Below, in pieces: positions 13,954 to 27,853 of a DNA stretch of 64,000 nt; positions within the stretch are counted from its first letter, which is position 1; each line of letters begins with the position of its first letter. This DNA is from Azolla caroliniana (taxonomy: Eukaryota; Plantae; Polypodiophyta): contig JBHGNT010000135.1 in NCBI GenBank assembly GCA_043228905.1, positions 6,085-70,084 on the forward strand. Reading direction: 5' to 3'. The notes beneath the pieces were generated by a model, which made no database searches, was not told the origin of the DNA, and was given only the letters and a program-made list of their open reading frames with translations. A program made the translations under genes and the position numbers.

Positions 13954-14336
13954 AATACTCCAACGACGTGACCACTGCCCGTTTGCGCTTTTGGCAGAAA
14001 TGGCGAAACACACCTATGGTGATGCAAGGCGGGAGTGGCCCGAGGTGGAACTACCAGCCCCCACGTTGGTTGTTTCCTATTCACCTGCCACCCTCTTTTC
14101 GGTGTAGGCCCCAAGAGCCGACTCGTACGAGGCCACATTGAAGGGCATTGCCTTGGATATAGGTAGCTTCTTACATTAAGTTAGGCCGCAAGGCAATGTA
14201 AGTGGCTCATCTTCTTTGGCTTGATCGGAGGAAGTCTCCCCGATGTGTGTATAAATCTCCTTATAGACTCTATGTAATAATCCTTCCTAACTAATGGGAA
14301 AGTAGCTTTACTTTGAAAAAATAAAAAATAAAAAAT
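13954..14336 (+). mobile_element. 5'-truncated LINE family A-related copy with 14-bp TSD
   Basis: TSD AAATCAGATATTTA at 13940-13953 and 14337-14350. (AAAAAAT)n tail. Shares GAGGTGGAACTACCAGCCCCCACGTTGG and CCTAACTAATGGGAAAGTAGCTT with the 16393 copy. Confidence 0.88.
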
Positions 14337-16392
14337 AAATCAGATATTTAGAGATACACAATGGTTTGTAAAAAGATGAATGCACATAGTGTCCACACTT
14401 CAATTGTAGGGACATCACCTCTTTCAAAGTGACATCATTGATGAAACATAAATGTTGGGGTGTTGCACAACTCCAACAAAAACATGATAGTTGAAAAACT
14501 AGATAATTGAGAAAACCTTTGGTATGGACCTATGGATATTGTAAGAGATGTGTAGCATAATGTGAATATTCAAGTTCCCTACTCAAAGGCAAAAGAAGTT
14601 GCAATCCATCAAGGACGATGCATAAAAAAGGCTTCTAAGTTATGCATAATGTGGAACTTGCTCCACATTCTAGATAAAAATGTTGATATTCGAAACTTGA
14701 TTTCTTGCAACAACTTTATTGATGTCATGTTTCACTCTAATTCCATCACCAATAACATTATGAAATGCCAATAGTACTAATCACAATATTATTAGTCGTA
14801 ATCAATACTAAATACGATACTAATGATTCTTAATATCATTAATCACAAATGTTAATTGCTACAATAAGTACTTATTATGATGTTAGGCACTAAAATTTAT
14901 TGTAAACACAATGCAGAGTAGTTAGTTCTAATTAAATATAAATTCCCGATTAGTATGTGCCCCTCATAGTGAATGTACAATTTTATGAAGAAATGATTAT
15001 ATTACATAATAAAAAAGAGTTTTTGAATGAAAAATTTACCCCGATTTCGCCTTTCAGGGATAAATGTCTATTCCATGAAGATTCTCAGTTTCATTGGCCT
15101 TTACTTTGAAGTTCAAGATGTTTTCCTACTTTATAATGATGGTTCTTTTAGATTTATTAACAAATTTTCAATGTCTTTCTCTACTTTTAGTACTAACGAT
15201 GATGAGTTACCAACTTCTAAGTCATAATATTATTGGCATGCTTAAAGAAAGCACAACTTCAAAGTGATGGCAAATAGCTTTGAATTTGTTTCATTAAAAA
15301 ATTCCCATAAGGTTTCTGAAGTGCCTAACACTTTTATCATCCACAATCGTTATAATGTCAATGTTGTAGAACCAGAATTTAAGAGCCAATTGTTGTCATA
15401 TTATGATAGACTTACTAAAATAAATGTCATACCAAACCCATTTTGAATACTACATTTTCATTAAGGTAATCGTGACTCTATGATAAAAAATTTATAGGGA
15501 CGAATAAAGTGCGTGTCTTAAATGATATGGAAGAGCAATGTTGGCTTAATGTACTTTCGCATGTAAAGTTGTTTTCCTTGAATCTAAGCATTTTATTTTG
15601 CTAATACAACTTAAATTCCAATTTTGAAATGATAAACGATCACACCTTTTGTGTAAACAGGAGATTTCTATTTTACGATGTGCACCACTTATAATTCTTC
15701 CCTTCACATCATGAGTTTTCCTCTTCTTACCTTGAAATCAATGAGACTACAATAGTGTCCATATACATTAACTATTGTGTGTGGAGAACACATTGAAGAA
15801 GCTTTTATTGCTTGGTATCAGTAGAAGACCTTACATAATGAATGTGTACAAAGAGCATGTCGGGTAAAGGTTTTCGGTCTTCATTAAGTAACTATAGCTA
15901 CATCAGTAATTTTCAAAAAGCGATGAGGAACTTATAAGAAAACATTGTAAACTCACTCGAGACGTATATTCATTGTTTATGATCACAAGCTTTCTAGGTT
16001 TTCTTGTATACTATGAGGATTTGAGCTTAGTCCATTTTACTTTTTATCGTAATCCCAACATTTATCGCAAACCAAGAGTAATATTTGTATTCTATATTTC
16101 ATGTTGAATAGTAAATCAACGGTCTCATTATCCTCACTAGTGACCACTTAGTAAAGTGCAATGTCGTGCTTTATCATGATGTGAATACACAATAATTAAC
16201 AAGATACAAAATTACAATCCTATTCTTTGATGTATAGTGCATACAAACACGAGTATGTTGATATTTTAAGTTCCAAAGGCTCTCTAGACCCTTCAATTTG
16301 AGGCTCCAAAATTACTCATGGTAACATAAAATAGAGCAAGTCAAAGACATAAGATATACAATAGTTAGCCTTCACAAAACAATGTAAATATG

Positions 16393-16807
16393 AGCTGCCT
16401 ACGAGGGCAATTGGACGAGGTTTGCAGCCACTCCTCTGACGTGGATACTACCCGTTTGCGTTTTTGGCAGAAATGGTGGAACACGCCTATGGTGACACTA
16501 GGAGGAAGTGGCCCGAGGTGGAACTACCAGCCCCCACGTTGGCTGTTTCCGGCTCACTTACCACCCTCCCTCTATTGTCAGCCCCAAGAGTTGTCTCGTA
16601 CTAATCATTAGTACAGGGCATTGTTTTAGCTGTTGGTACTTACACTAAGTAGTCCATCCGAAAGGCGTTGTAACTAGTCTCAATTTCTAGGACTTGAGCG
16701 GAGGGGGATTCCCCGTTCTATGCTTAAGCCTCTTTGTATAGTCTCTTTGTAATAATCTTACCTAACTAATGGGAAAGTAGCTTCATTTTGGAAAAAATAA
16801 AAAATAA
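16393..16807 (+). mobile_element. 5'-truncated LINE family A copy with 12-bp TSD
   Basis: TSD AATGTAAATATG at 16381-16392 and 16808-16819. A-rich tail. Homologous to the reverse complement of ~54053-54440. Confidence 0.9.
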
Positions 16808-18744
16808 AATGTAAATATGTGAAATTCTAACTATTAAGCAAGACCATGGGCTCATTGAGAACATATCAAAATGACTATATCCAACAAACAATTTTGTGCA
16901 CAACAAGATGCAGTATTATATTATTAATTTTGCAATGTTCATCGAGCTAGGTATGTTTGCCACCAAACTGATGTCATGACAAGGGTCCTAAATGGAGCAA
17001 TTGATAGATTATTAAAAGCAAATGAACTATAAGGAACTTGTTTACTTGCAATACCTAATATGACTCGACATAGAATGCAATGTGAACATCTACATACACA
17101 TTAATAATTATATAGGCTTTTAAAAGGTTAATCTTCATTCAAGGGTAATAAGAAGATTTCTTCTCCCTCTAAATGTAGAGAATAGGGACCATTTAAAACC
17201 ATTGGAGAAACTACTCCAAATAGAGAATTGGGGCATTAAAAGACCATAGGGACTTAAAGTCCAAGACAAACTACTTCATGCAAATTATATGTGAATAAGG
17301 GTAAGATTTGAGCGTATCCAATTGACGAATATATGGAAAGTGTGTACCATCTCAAAACCACTGGATCCTAGCTAAAACACGTCTTGAACTCGACATTGCA
17401 ATATTGTTGAAAACCTTGACTTTCCATGACTTCGAACCAAAGCAAAGCAAAATATATGTACCTTGTAAAAGAGAATAACTTATGAAGCAAAATACTAAAA
17501 ATTGTCTTTATTTTTTGCTTCTACCCATATTATAGCTCTTGTCAATTAGAAAAACAAAATTGATCAAAAACATGAAGAAGTTGTACCGTATGACATGAGA
17601 AAAAACAAAGGACGCATTATTGCCTTTTCCACCTCCAAAGTTGCTTCCTATTCTTTCATACATTCTCTTTCAATGAATATAGGCATCTAGTAGTTGTTCC
17701 CTCAACTAGTAGTACTTGTGCACACATGTCACATTTGCAACACATTCCCTGCATTAGTTTGTTCAACTCCATCGTCTAATGAGAAAAAAGTCCACACATT
17801 ATCATTACCTTGGAAAATCTGAATATGAGAGAGCACCTTAAAAATATGTATAAATATACAATAAATATATATCAATATTTAAGGTCAATGTCTTCTTTTC
17901 ATCTTGATACCTGCTGAACTTATGATGTGGGGGTCTGTCACATGCATAAACAAGATGGTGCTAAATATGGAGTAACAGATTTAACGAAATGCTATACTTC
18001 TGCAGACAATTTTGGTGGAGCTATAATTATGTCACAGGAAAGTAAATCAGCTAAAGATTTCTCTCTGATCTTAACTCTTTCAAACAAAGTTTAAAAGACA
18101 CTAGCATATATAATGCTAGACACACCATCTAAATGCTTTAGCTTTTTACGTTAAACATACCAAAGTTCTTTTGAGATTAACATACTCAAGAGACAAAGAC
18201 CTCTAGTCAGGGCACATTACAAGCCTCATCACATAATTAGACAGTTCTTTCTAGAGTATTAAGAGGACTAGCACATTATTTTTCCTTTTATTGAAGTCAA
18301 CAATAGCAAGACAAACAACATATAAAATAAGCAATATTTCAGATATTGAGCACCACAAGCATTCCTCAATGGATTGAGTGGAAGGGCTCAGAAGACCTAG
18401 CGTCAATGGGATCCAAACATGGCAAAAGTTTCTTTCAATACTTCAGGCTTGGGCACAAACATGGTGAGTGAAATCCAAGTACAAAGGGTGGGGAAGGGCA
18501 TACCCAAAAATAATCATCAAATATATAAGATTCTTGTAAAAAATAAAGATACTTTCAATAACATTTAAAATAAGGCTATGATATAAAGTCACGTAATAAC
18601 CTCACGAGTCACAATGCATGTCGTCTACTAAACAGGCATCCTCCCTTCAGGGGTAACCAAACTAATCTTCAATATGAACAATGTTTGTGACATTATATAT
18701 GGATTATAGATGCCAGATGCATACTTGCAACACACAAGTAAATG

Positions 18745-19278
18745 CTTGACTACATTCAAACGTTGATTTAATACCCCATTTTTACATCAAACAGTAGCAT
18801 GTTTTTTTCTCCTAGTAATCAAGCACTATTTATTACCATTCAACCACATGAATTATCCTCGATCTGTGCTTTTTTACCATTAGATTATATTAATTGACAA
18901 AAGATCAATGAGTGTTAAACAGAAGAAATCAGAAAAACTCAATGAACTCTTCACTCTTGACCCTGAAACATGCAGCCCAAAGAGAAATACGAGATTTTGT
19001 CTTCCATGTACCACTTGACTACATTTAAAAGTTGATTTAAATGCCTATTTACATCAAACAGTGGCATGATTTTCTCTCCTAGTAATCAAGCACAATTTTT
19101 TACCATTAAACAGCATCAGTTATCCTCGATCTGTGCTTCTTTAACATTAGATTACATAGATCAACAAAAGGCCACGAGTGTTAAAACAGAAGAAATCAGA
19201 AAAACTCACTGGACTCTTTACTCTTGACCCTGAAACATGCAGCCCAAAGAGATACGAGATTTTGCCTTCCGCGTACCA
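18745..19278. repeat. Tandem duplication, ~268-bp unit x2, downstream of the RZ1 stop
   Basis: CTTGACTACATT...GTACCA at 18745-19013 and 19014-19278. Confidence 0.9.
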
Positions 19279-19933
19279 TATGATAAGTGCAAACTCTGAG
19301 TTTAACCATATCTGAAAGGCCAATGTGAACTAGGTCGAAGAATCTGCTACCTGAATCTCAGTCGTTGACCATAGCAAAACTCAAGGAACTCTTCCAAATT
19401 TGACATCTCAAATCTATACCCTTCATTAAATTTAGCTCGTGTCCATGATAAAAACCAATAGTCAAGATTTCTCTGATTTGTTTTTTGTGTCAAATTCTAC
19501 ATCCCACCTTTGGTTTTCTCCACTGTAAAATCTACGTGTTCTTGGCTTGGACATTGAGCTCCAGTTTGCATTGCAAAAATATTGACATTGATAAAGACAA
19601 ACTGAACATATATCCCAACCATTCTATGTCTTCCGCTACCAACAAAGAGACGGGACCAATCTAAATATACAGTATGCATGTCGACTCAAACTTTGCATCC
19701 CCGTCAATCCTTGTAGTGCATGTGTAGGCTGCCTTTTCAATGAAGATCGAAATGGAACTATCCAATGAATGAGGTATGAATACAGCCTGTCAAATAAAAA
19801 CTGTAAATATGGGCAACCAACCACATGTAGAACATTGCACATACTGGCCACTTGACTGATTAAACATCCAAACTATAACTGTTGTCACATTGCCAATAGA
19901 GAACCAGATGGAACAATCAAACTTACAAAAGGT

Positions 19934-20026
19934 CTGAAAATATGCTGTAGACACTGTAAACAACTGAAAACATGCTGTAGACACTGTAAACAACTGAAAA
20001 CATGCTGTATACACTGTAAACAACTG
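19934..20026. repeat. 30-bp minisatellite x3
   Basis: CTGAAAAYATGCTGTAKACACTGTAAACAA repeated three times. Confidence 0.9.
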
Positions 20027-20084
20027 GGGAAAACCTGTCTTTCAATCATTAACATTTCATAGCTCGTTCTTAAACAATGACATT

Positions 20085-21552
20085 CTAATAACGGTCATCA
20101 TAAGCAGAAGAACGGCCGCCACCACTTGGACGATCATATGGCCCCGTGCGCTCTCGATACTTTCCTTCATATCGAGCAGCGCCTCCACTACCATAACGAT
20201 CACTGCCTCGACCTGAATCCCTATCACCATAGCGACCATAGTTACTTTCATACCTATCATAGCCTCGATCTCCATCACGGTCACGTTCACGTTCACTGTA
20301 TCGGCCCCCACCATATCCAGATCCACCACCATACCGATCTCTACCACCACCACCACCACCACCATATCGATCTCTACCACCACCACTACTATACCGATCA
20401 CTCCGAGAGGAAAGTCTTCCTTCTCCACTTGGGCATTCTCGGGCCCAATGACCTGGTTGTCCACATTTAAAACAATCATCTCGACCAGCTCCTCCGCCTC
20501 CACCACGACCACCATATCCTCCGCTCTTTGCTCCACCACCATTGTCGTAACCACTCTTGTAACTGGAGTTCTTGTCACCGCCACCATTATAAACTTTTGG
20601 TTGTGCTTTTGTAACTGACACTACCCGACCGTCCAGCTCCCGGTCATGCAGCCGAGCAATGGCCTCATCCATACCCCGTTTGTCAGCAAATGTCACAAAG
20701 CCAAACCCACGTGGCCGTCCAGTATCTCTATCGAGCATTATCTAGCAACAAGAACACCCAAAAAAAGATATAAGCCAGACATCACAAATTTCACCATACA
20801 CAGATTTTTATAAGGTGTAGTGTCAGAAAGCACAAATTTGAGCTTATTCAAATGCAAATTTTAACATTTTCATATGGAATGTTCACTTCTACATATCATT
20901 TATGCATGAGTATACTTCATATGCAATTCTTCATATACAAATATGCATTTATCAATGTAAAGTTGGCGTGTACAGATGAGATAGTAACAGATAAGGCAAC
21001 TCCATATGGAGTGCATCTAACAAAAACTGAAATCGAACTGAAAAAACGTAGATGGTACTGGATCAGACGAGTTCATTGTCAGGTTACTTATTGAAATGTA
21101 ATTTACCTCACATTGTTCATTTATCCATATGCAGAAAATTTCATTTGGAAATGTTAATCTCTTCCGATGCAAATATATATATTTCCTCATAATTCTTCAA
21201 TTTAAATATCTATTTCTTCGCATGAGAATGCACAGTTCTTTAATTTATAGAATATCTGTTCATCTGTATTTATGCCGTATTTCATATTCGAATTTGTCTT
21301 TTGTACAGGAAACCGTTTTGATAATAATTGTTTTAACAAGGGATAGTACACGTTTGGGTCATTACTTCAGAATATACGAGAATGACTCGGTGAGAAGTAG
21401 CTACAGCAAAAGACTATACAGATATTTCTAAAAAAAATTACCTTTGCATCAAGAACTTTACCGAATCGTCTAAATTCATCTTCGAGTTCTCTGTCGTTTA
21501 TTTCCCACGAGAGACCTCCAACGAATACACGAAATTGTTCATAATCTGACAT
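20085..21552 (-). CDS. RZ1: Glycine-rich RNA-binding protein of RZ-1 type (RRM + CCHC zinc knuckle + RGD/RS-rich tail), 2 coding exons, ~255 aa
   Basis: Exons complement(21442..21552, 20085..20741), phase 0. RNP2 VFVGGL, RNP1 RGFGFVTF, knuckle [14 protein letters not shown], tail RTGPYDRP. Confidence 0.95.
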
Positions 21553-21883
21553 GATTTTCTTGCTGAAATGAAGCAAAAGGTAAGAACAGGAGAACAGATA
21601 ATAACTGAAAACGCGGTCTATCTCCCTTCCTCAAATAAGTGAACTTATGTACATTTCGTTCTTTCTCTATCAGAAATAACCACCAGAAATCTCTGATATC
21701 AAAGCTACTACACGTTTACTTATTTCTTTCTGTCAATCTTTTCTTTATCTCTGATCTAATGCATGAGATGGGAGGAGAGAGATGGATGAGGAGCAGGAGA
21801 ACATACCACGAGTCGGTTGAAGGGGCAGTGCAAGTCTCTGGATTTATCGTCTCCTATCTGTTGCTGGTGAGACAGTCGAAAGA

Positions 21884-21958
21884 TTAGGGTTTCCAACGTC
21901 TTGCGAGTTCAAGAAAGAAGAGCAAAATAATCACTTAGTTTCTGCACTTGGGTGGGCT
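21884..21958 (-). promoter_or_regulatory. Telo-box (AAACCCTAA, 21884-21892) plus site II motif (TGGGCT, 21953-21958) at the RZ1 5' end
   Basis: Motifs read directly. This pair is typical of plant genes for translation and RNA processing. It lies upstream of a probable 5' UTR intron (~21563-21806). Confidence 0.55.
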
Positions 21959-22075
21959 TTTCTTTATTTCCCCAACTGGCCGGGTAATTTCTTTATTTCC
22001 CCGAATGCCCTTGTCCCCGCTCCTCGAGCGACTAAACAAACAATGTATGATGATGCTGCTTAATTTCCACACTTC

Positions 22076-22111
<36 letters not shown>

Positions 22112-23768
22112 TGTATGTACGTATGTATGTAACTAAACCCCGTACACTATAGGCACTATTAAAACATTAGGGAAATTTGTGGAAACAAAGAAGAATTCAT
22201 GGGCGTTTTTCCTTTCCAAATGTCATTTCCAATGTTGTTTCGTCGTCGCAAGGTTGTTGTAGTCAATACCCTTAAGAGAGTATGCAAGCATCGAAGGTTC
22301 ACAAGGACATGGAGCTACACACCTCCGCTTACCTGCCCATTTTTTGTACGAAAATAAGTCGTTGTATTCAGGCAAATGACTTGTTCACCCGAATGGTTCG
22401 TGAGATGAAATGTTGGAAAAGGTACTTGTGCCCTCCTCTCATTGAGTCACACCTTAGGGACACACACACATATGGAGTACCGAGGAGACACAATGTGTCT
22501 TCGATAGAGGAGACATTAATTGGTGTCATAAGTCAAGTAATTCAACTCTTGAGGACATCATTACTATTGTCTACTCTCTCTCTAACTATAACTAGGTTAC
22601 AATAAAGGTTACAACTTCCATATGTTAACATTGAAATGTTTAGGGACGGATCATTATCGTTTTTGCACATGAAACATACTAACATTGAACCACTTATACA
22701 AAATGGCAAGGCTTGATTTGACACGCTACTTCGTAATAGAGTTGTATGAGTCAAACACAAGTGTATATGTATTCCCAATGCACAAATTTCCCAACATACA
22801 ACACCGTTTAGGATTTCATTTTGTCTTTTTAGTTCTGGTGATTTGCTTGCGTCTATTATAAACTAATCACGTGTGTTATGTGTAGTGTGTCGAGAGACAC
22901 CTAAGATCTCGAATGTTCATAATAACACCACTTGTTTTTTTGGTCTTGTCCATTTGGCCTAAACTAACTCATTGTCGATTTGAGCATGTGTCAAGAAGCT
23001 TCAGCACGAATGACTTGCTTCCCATCCACTAACTCCAAAATGACAAATATAATCTAAGCTATAACATAGTAATGGTAGTCTCACAATTGTATTGTCTAGA
23101 CTTGGCAAGCCTTGTATGTTTTGAATCGACATCGTGTTATTGGGTCCAATCAACACCCATGTGAGGCCTCCATGTTGTGTAGATAATTTCTCAACTCCTT
23201 CTATAATAGGACATTGACTACCTTGATCCTTGTCAAGGATGAAGCCAACTATTATCTCACATGACCATCAATTGTGTTCCATATTAATACCTGAAGCTTG
23301 TGATTTGACACACTACCATCTCGATGAAACTCATATATGCTCTCTTAATTGATTATTGGCGTTACCATTTCCTCACGACAATGTATCGTCTTCCCTCTTT
23401 ATTCTGGTTTGTATACACCTACACACTCCCTCTTCTTACGAAAATCACACAACTTCCCTAAATATTCCACAAACAAAGCTACTAAACTCAAACCAACATT
23501 ACGATACATGTGTTGGAAATTCGATGATGTTCAATGGAGCTAAAATACGTTTTGTAGGGAATTAACAAGTGGCTTCTTCCACAATACATAAACCCTGCAA
23601 TGGTAGGTATAGCTAGACCAATGCTCATTAACTACTTGTAGTTCTTTTTTCCTAACAAGATAGTACATTAGTATTAAGAAATGCCCTACGGCCATACAAA
23701 AAATATGTACATTTCGGTAGCAATCCCCTTTCTAAATTATAATTGTTAAAAAACATGAGACATCCAAC

Positions 23769-24071
23769 CATAGTTGTTACAAAACGTGTATTCTATGTTT
23801 CATAAAAGAATTTGACATTTCAAAAAAGTTTACAATTTTTTAAAATTAAAATTAAAATTAAAATTATTTAAAAACCTTAATATTTAAGAAGTATTTGACG
23901 TATTTTACACATATTCTACGTATTTAAAGTATTCTACATGTATTCTAAGTATTCAACATATGTATTTAATTGTAAAATACATATTCTAATTATCTGAAAA
24001 AAGTAGAATACTTTAGAATACTTAACATATGTATTCTATGTCTATTGTATGCTAAGTAGTGTACAACAATG
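23769..24071. mobile_element. hAT-type MITE
   Basis: Imperfect TIR CATAGTTGT...ACAACAATG. 8-bp TSD CATCCAAC at 23761-23768 and 24072-24079. Internal TATTCTA subterminal repeats. Confidence 0.8.
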
Positions 24072-24882
24072 CATCCAACCATGCCTTATAGATGTAATCA
24101 CAACCAAGTAGGACGAGGACCATAGTCTTACAACATAAATTGCAAAAGGTCAAGACACACCCAACAACAATTGTCAACTCCATCCCATATTACCAAAGGG
24201 CAATCACTCTCCTTCACAAGCACACACACACACCAACATGATACAAAATTGCGAGTAGAGTTTGGTTAAGCATCATGCCAAAGGCAACTACATTTCCATG
24301 TGCCCCTATTCAGGGGATATTGAGGGACAGGGAGCATTTCCCACTACAATGTTACATTGCTTTCACAACCATCTCAACAATACTTCCCAAAAATCAAATA
24401 CCATATACACCAATCTCACACAAGTTGTCTAAGTTAGACACATGAAGAAGCCTCGCCTCTTAGGAATGAACATACTCGTGTGCTTGCTTGACTCGAACAT
24501 ACCTTTGAGGCTTTGATCTTAAGTGACATTGTTTATGCCTCACATGTGGTTGCACACCCTCCCGGCCCCCGGGAAAACTTAAAACACTCAATGAAGGTGT
24601 ATACATATTTTTGCAAATATAGTGAAAAAGGGTCTATTATTATTATTTCCGGAGGTTTTCTTTTTTTACAGTTTGCTCAGTAATAACTCCCATGAACCAC
24701 GTCGAGTTTTATCTCCTCCAACACAGTTTTCAACAGGTTTCCCGTTAATACTTTAATTTTTAGAACATATTTTCTCGGCATTCTCTTCCTTTTCTTCTTC
24801 TTCTTCTTCCATCTCTTCGATTGCTCGTTTTGCTTTGATTAATGCGTTCTTTCTATGCCGATTTATATTAATAGATTTTACC

Positions 24883-27853
24883 ATGGCCGTCGGTTTCTCT
24901 ACATCAGCTGCTCGACAATCCGACTTCTCTGATAATTCATCATTCAGCTCTGTACTTCGTGTTCACGCTGATCGTCCCCAGAATATCACGATGAACTCAG
25001 GCCCTTATGGAAGAAGAAACAGCGACACCAATAATGCTGCAAGCTATGATCGTTGGTAAGGTTAATTTTGCATTTCTAGTATGTTTTACCTTTACTTTTT
25101 CTTTCACGTTTCAATTAATTGATTTATCTGTTGAAATAAATGTCTTAAACTTGTTTTCTGTCTGCATTAACATTCCCATAGGTTAGCTTTATTTTCGTTT
25201 TATTCTACGTAATTCTTGTCTTATATATATGGTAGCTCAGAATTATCTGTAAGACTGTATTTCTTCCTCTCACATTCCTCAAATGAACTTATTCTGAGAA
25301 ACTTTGTGGCATACTTAATCCTTCTGAATACTAGCTATAGCAACTATGGCTCAAACAACTTGATATTTGAATCTTGAAGTTTTATCTTTTAAGACTTCAT
25401 TCTTCCTATGGCAGTTTTCAAATCAAATTATTTTCTGAGAAATCGTGTGCCATAGTTAATTTTCCTCTTAGCCTATTTGTAATACTTACAATTCAAGAAA
25501 GTGATTTCAGTGGTTTCTGATGATACCAATGATTTCAAGAAGTTTTGTACTTTGCTGTGTTACGTAGACATTACATACCGGATTTCATGGATATTTTTTA
25601 TTGATTCCATCATCATGGATTAAATTAATGAATATTTCTGCAATCGATCTTCACAGTTTGCTGTTAGTAGGGACTAATTAAAAAAATTGTCAAGAAGTAA
25701 AATCTCTGCGATGTGGAGATGTGATGGAGCTCAGTATATATTGTCAGATTTGAAAAAAAATTCTTTGTAGCCAATTATCTATTTCAGTACAGTTCGATGA
25801 CATTTTGTAATACTGTAATTCTTCCAGCAGAGTTTTCTGTCTATTCTACGTTCTATATTTATATGCTTAAATGATGTCACGGAAAAACGTTACTGTGATA
25901 ATAGCAAATTATCTATTTCCGTACAGATCAAGGACATTTCTAATACTGTAATTCTTCGAGCAGAGTTTCTGTCTATTCTACGTTCTATATTCATATGCTT
26001 AAATGATGTCGAGGAAAAACGTTACTGTGATAATGATTTGTTCTACTTGCCCGAGCAAAGGAAGAATTTCTTCATGATTCCATCGGCGTTCTTAATATCT
26101 GTTGTTTAAAAGGTTAAATCTGCATCATAAAAACCTAATCTCTATGGACGAACTGTGTTAATCCTTTGCAGCATTTCTGAAAGATGGCTATTCCGTTAAC
26201 TGATATTGTTCTATATAAAACGCAGGGAGATAACTAGTTTAGCGCTGATGATGGTTCTCCTTATCACTCTGTCTTTCCTTTTCCTGCCCCTTGCTCCTTG
26301 GGGTCTTATGGATGTATATGAAATTCATCCACAGAAACTGAGCTCTATTCCTTTTCCATCTCCATCCGTATGCAAATTTATACAGTCGCAGGTTAATCCT
26401 GGCAGCCATAATTCAAGCAAGGTTGATAAAGTTCAAGGTATAAACCGAATTACGGTATCTTCGAGTAATTAGTTTCACATGATATCTTACCTGAATTTTA
26501 GGACGACGGAGAAAAGAGAGTCCTTAGCTTAACGCAAAATTTTACCTGCAAGAAAATGTAAATTTTATTAGGATTATGAAGACAAAAAAGAGTTGTTATC
26601 TGCAAGAGAACACAGTTTTCAATAAAATTATGAACAGATGAAAAAAATCTGATACAAGGCTTAAACAGTTTTGCCTTCATTAAACGTCTAATGGGAGCTT
26701 CTTATGGCGCCTTTTTGTAGAGAAAAAAAGGCCTGAATATTATGTGGCAGAAGCTTTTAACAATGAATACTTACAGAATGACGCAGTTCACGTCGAACGA
26801 TTAATTCATCAGGAAATTACTCAAGCAGAAAACATTTCTCATCATGAAAGGACTTATACAGAAGGAATTCGCGAAGAAAGTACTCAAGCGCTTGAAAATG
26901 TTTCTCGTCGTGAAAAGACTCCATCAAACGAGCCTAGTTCAGTTTCATATTTCTTCAAGGTAAAGTCGGCGAAACAAGGAGGAGGAGCAAATATAACAAA
27001 GGAAGATTCCATCGCAATAAGGTCCCTCTTTGAAGCAGATGATGAAAGAATTTATTTGCTGGAGGAAAGGGAACAAAACCATGACAATCTACTAGATCCG
27101 ATAATTTACATGCAGAATAAGAGGGAACAAACCACGAAAATGGTAAATGAACAGACAATTATGAAGAAGAAAAGAGAACAAATCAAGAACATAATAGCAA
27201 CACTGAGGAAAGCTGGGATGTTCGCTATGGTAGCAACAAGAATTGAAGCCATGGATTTATTGTCACTTCCACAGATGACAACTATTTTCGTTCCAACTGA
27301 TTCTGCCTTTGACATCTTCATGAATGCTTCAAATGCATACATTTCTGACCGTCTATTGCACTATCACATTGTGGTTCCTCGTTACACTTTCGAAGATTTA
27401 TGTGGATTGAAGAAAGGAGACAAACTGACAGCTTATCTGATGGGATGCAAGATCACTGTTACAGAGAATGAGCTCTTCAACTACACGTTAGACGATGTGA
27501 GGATTATTTCGCCTGATCTATACGTGGATGATTCAGTCGTTGTACATGGCATCAATGGCATTTTGAACTACACAAAGTTCTGTAATATTAACGATACAAG
27601 TTCAGCGCCATCTCCTGAAATGAGTGGTTCATCCACATCATCAAACAATACTAAACCAGTGAGTAACTTGCCAACAAATCCTCTCTTGCAGAATAGTAAT
27701 GGATCAACTAGTCTTCCTAGTGTTGCAGCTTCACCGATGAGTTTCAATGGTGTTTATTCCAAAGGTGTCACACATACTTCACATTCACAAGCCATCAAGT
27801 CAATGGGATTTGCAGGAATCTTACATGTTAGCTACATATTCCTGAGTTGCTGA
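24883..27853 (+). CDS. Fasciclin (FAS1) domain protein, FLA-like, proposed 3 exons, ~505 aa
   Basis: Exon 3 (26721..27853) holds FAS1 motifs H1 TIFVPTDSAF, LLHYHIV and H2 VVVHGINGIL, then a Ser/Pro-rich linker and hydrophobic C-terminus. Proposed exons 24883..25055 and 26226..26437 join in phase (2, then 1) through GT-AG introns, total 1518 nt. Upstream exons are less certain than the FAS1 exon. Confidence 0.8.
25773..26034. repeat. Tandem duplication ~134 bp x2 in proposed FAS1 intron 1
   Basis: AATTATCTATTTC..GTACAG...CGTTACTGTGATAAT occurs twice. Confidence 0.88.

Noticed and set aside
17425-17445. B-box-like GGTTCGAA on the minus strand suggesting a tRNA or SINE
   Set aside because: No A-box or cloverleaf could be built.
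19934-20026. 30-bp repeats here and 23-bp repeats at 37657 as a possible CRISPR-like array
   Set aside because: Head-to-tail with no unique spacers, in a eukaryotic context with no cas genes.
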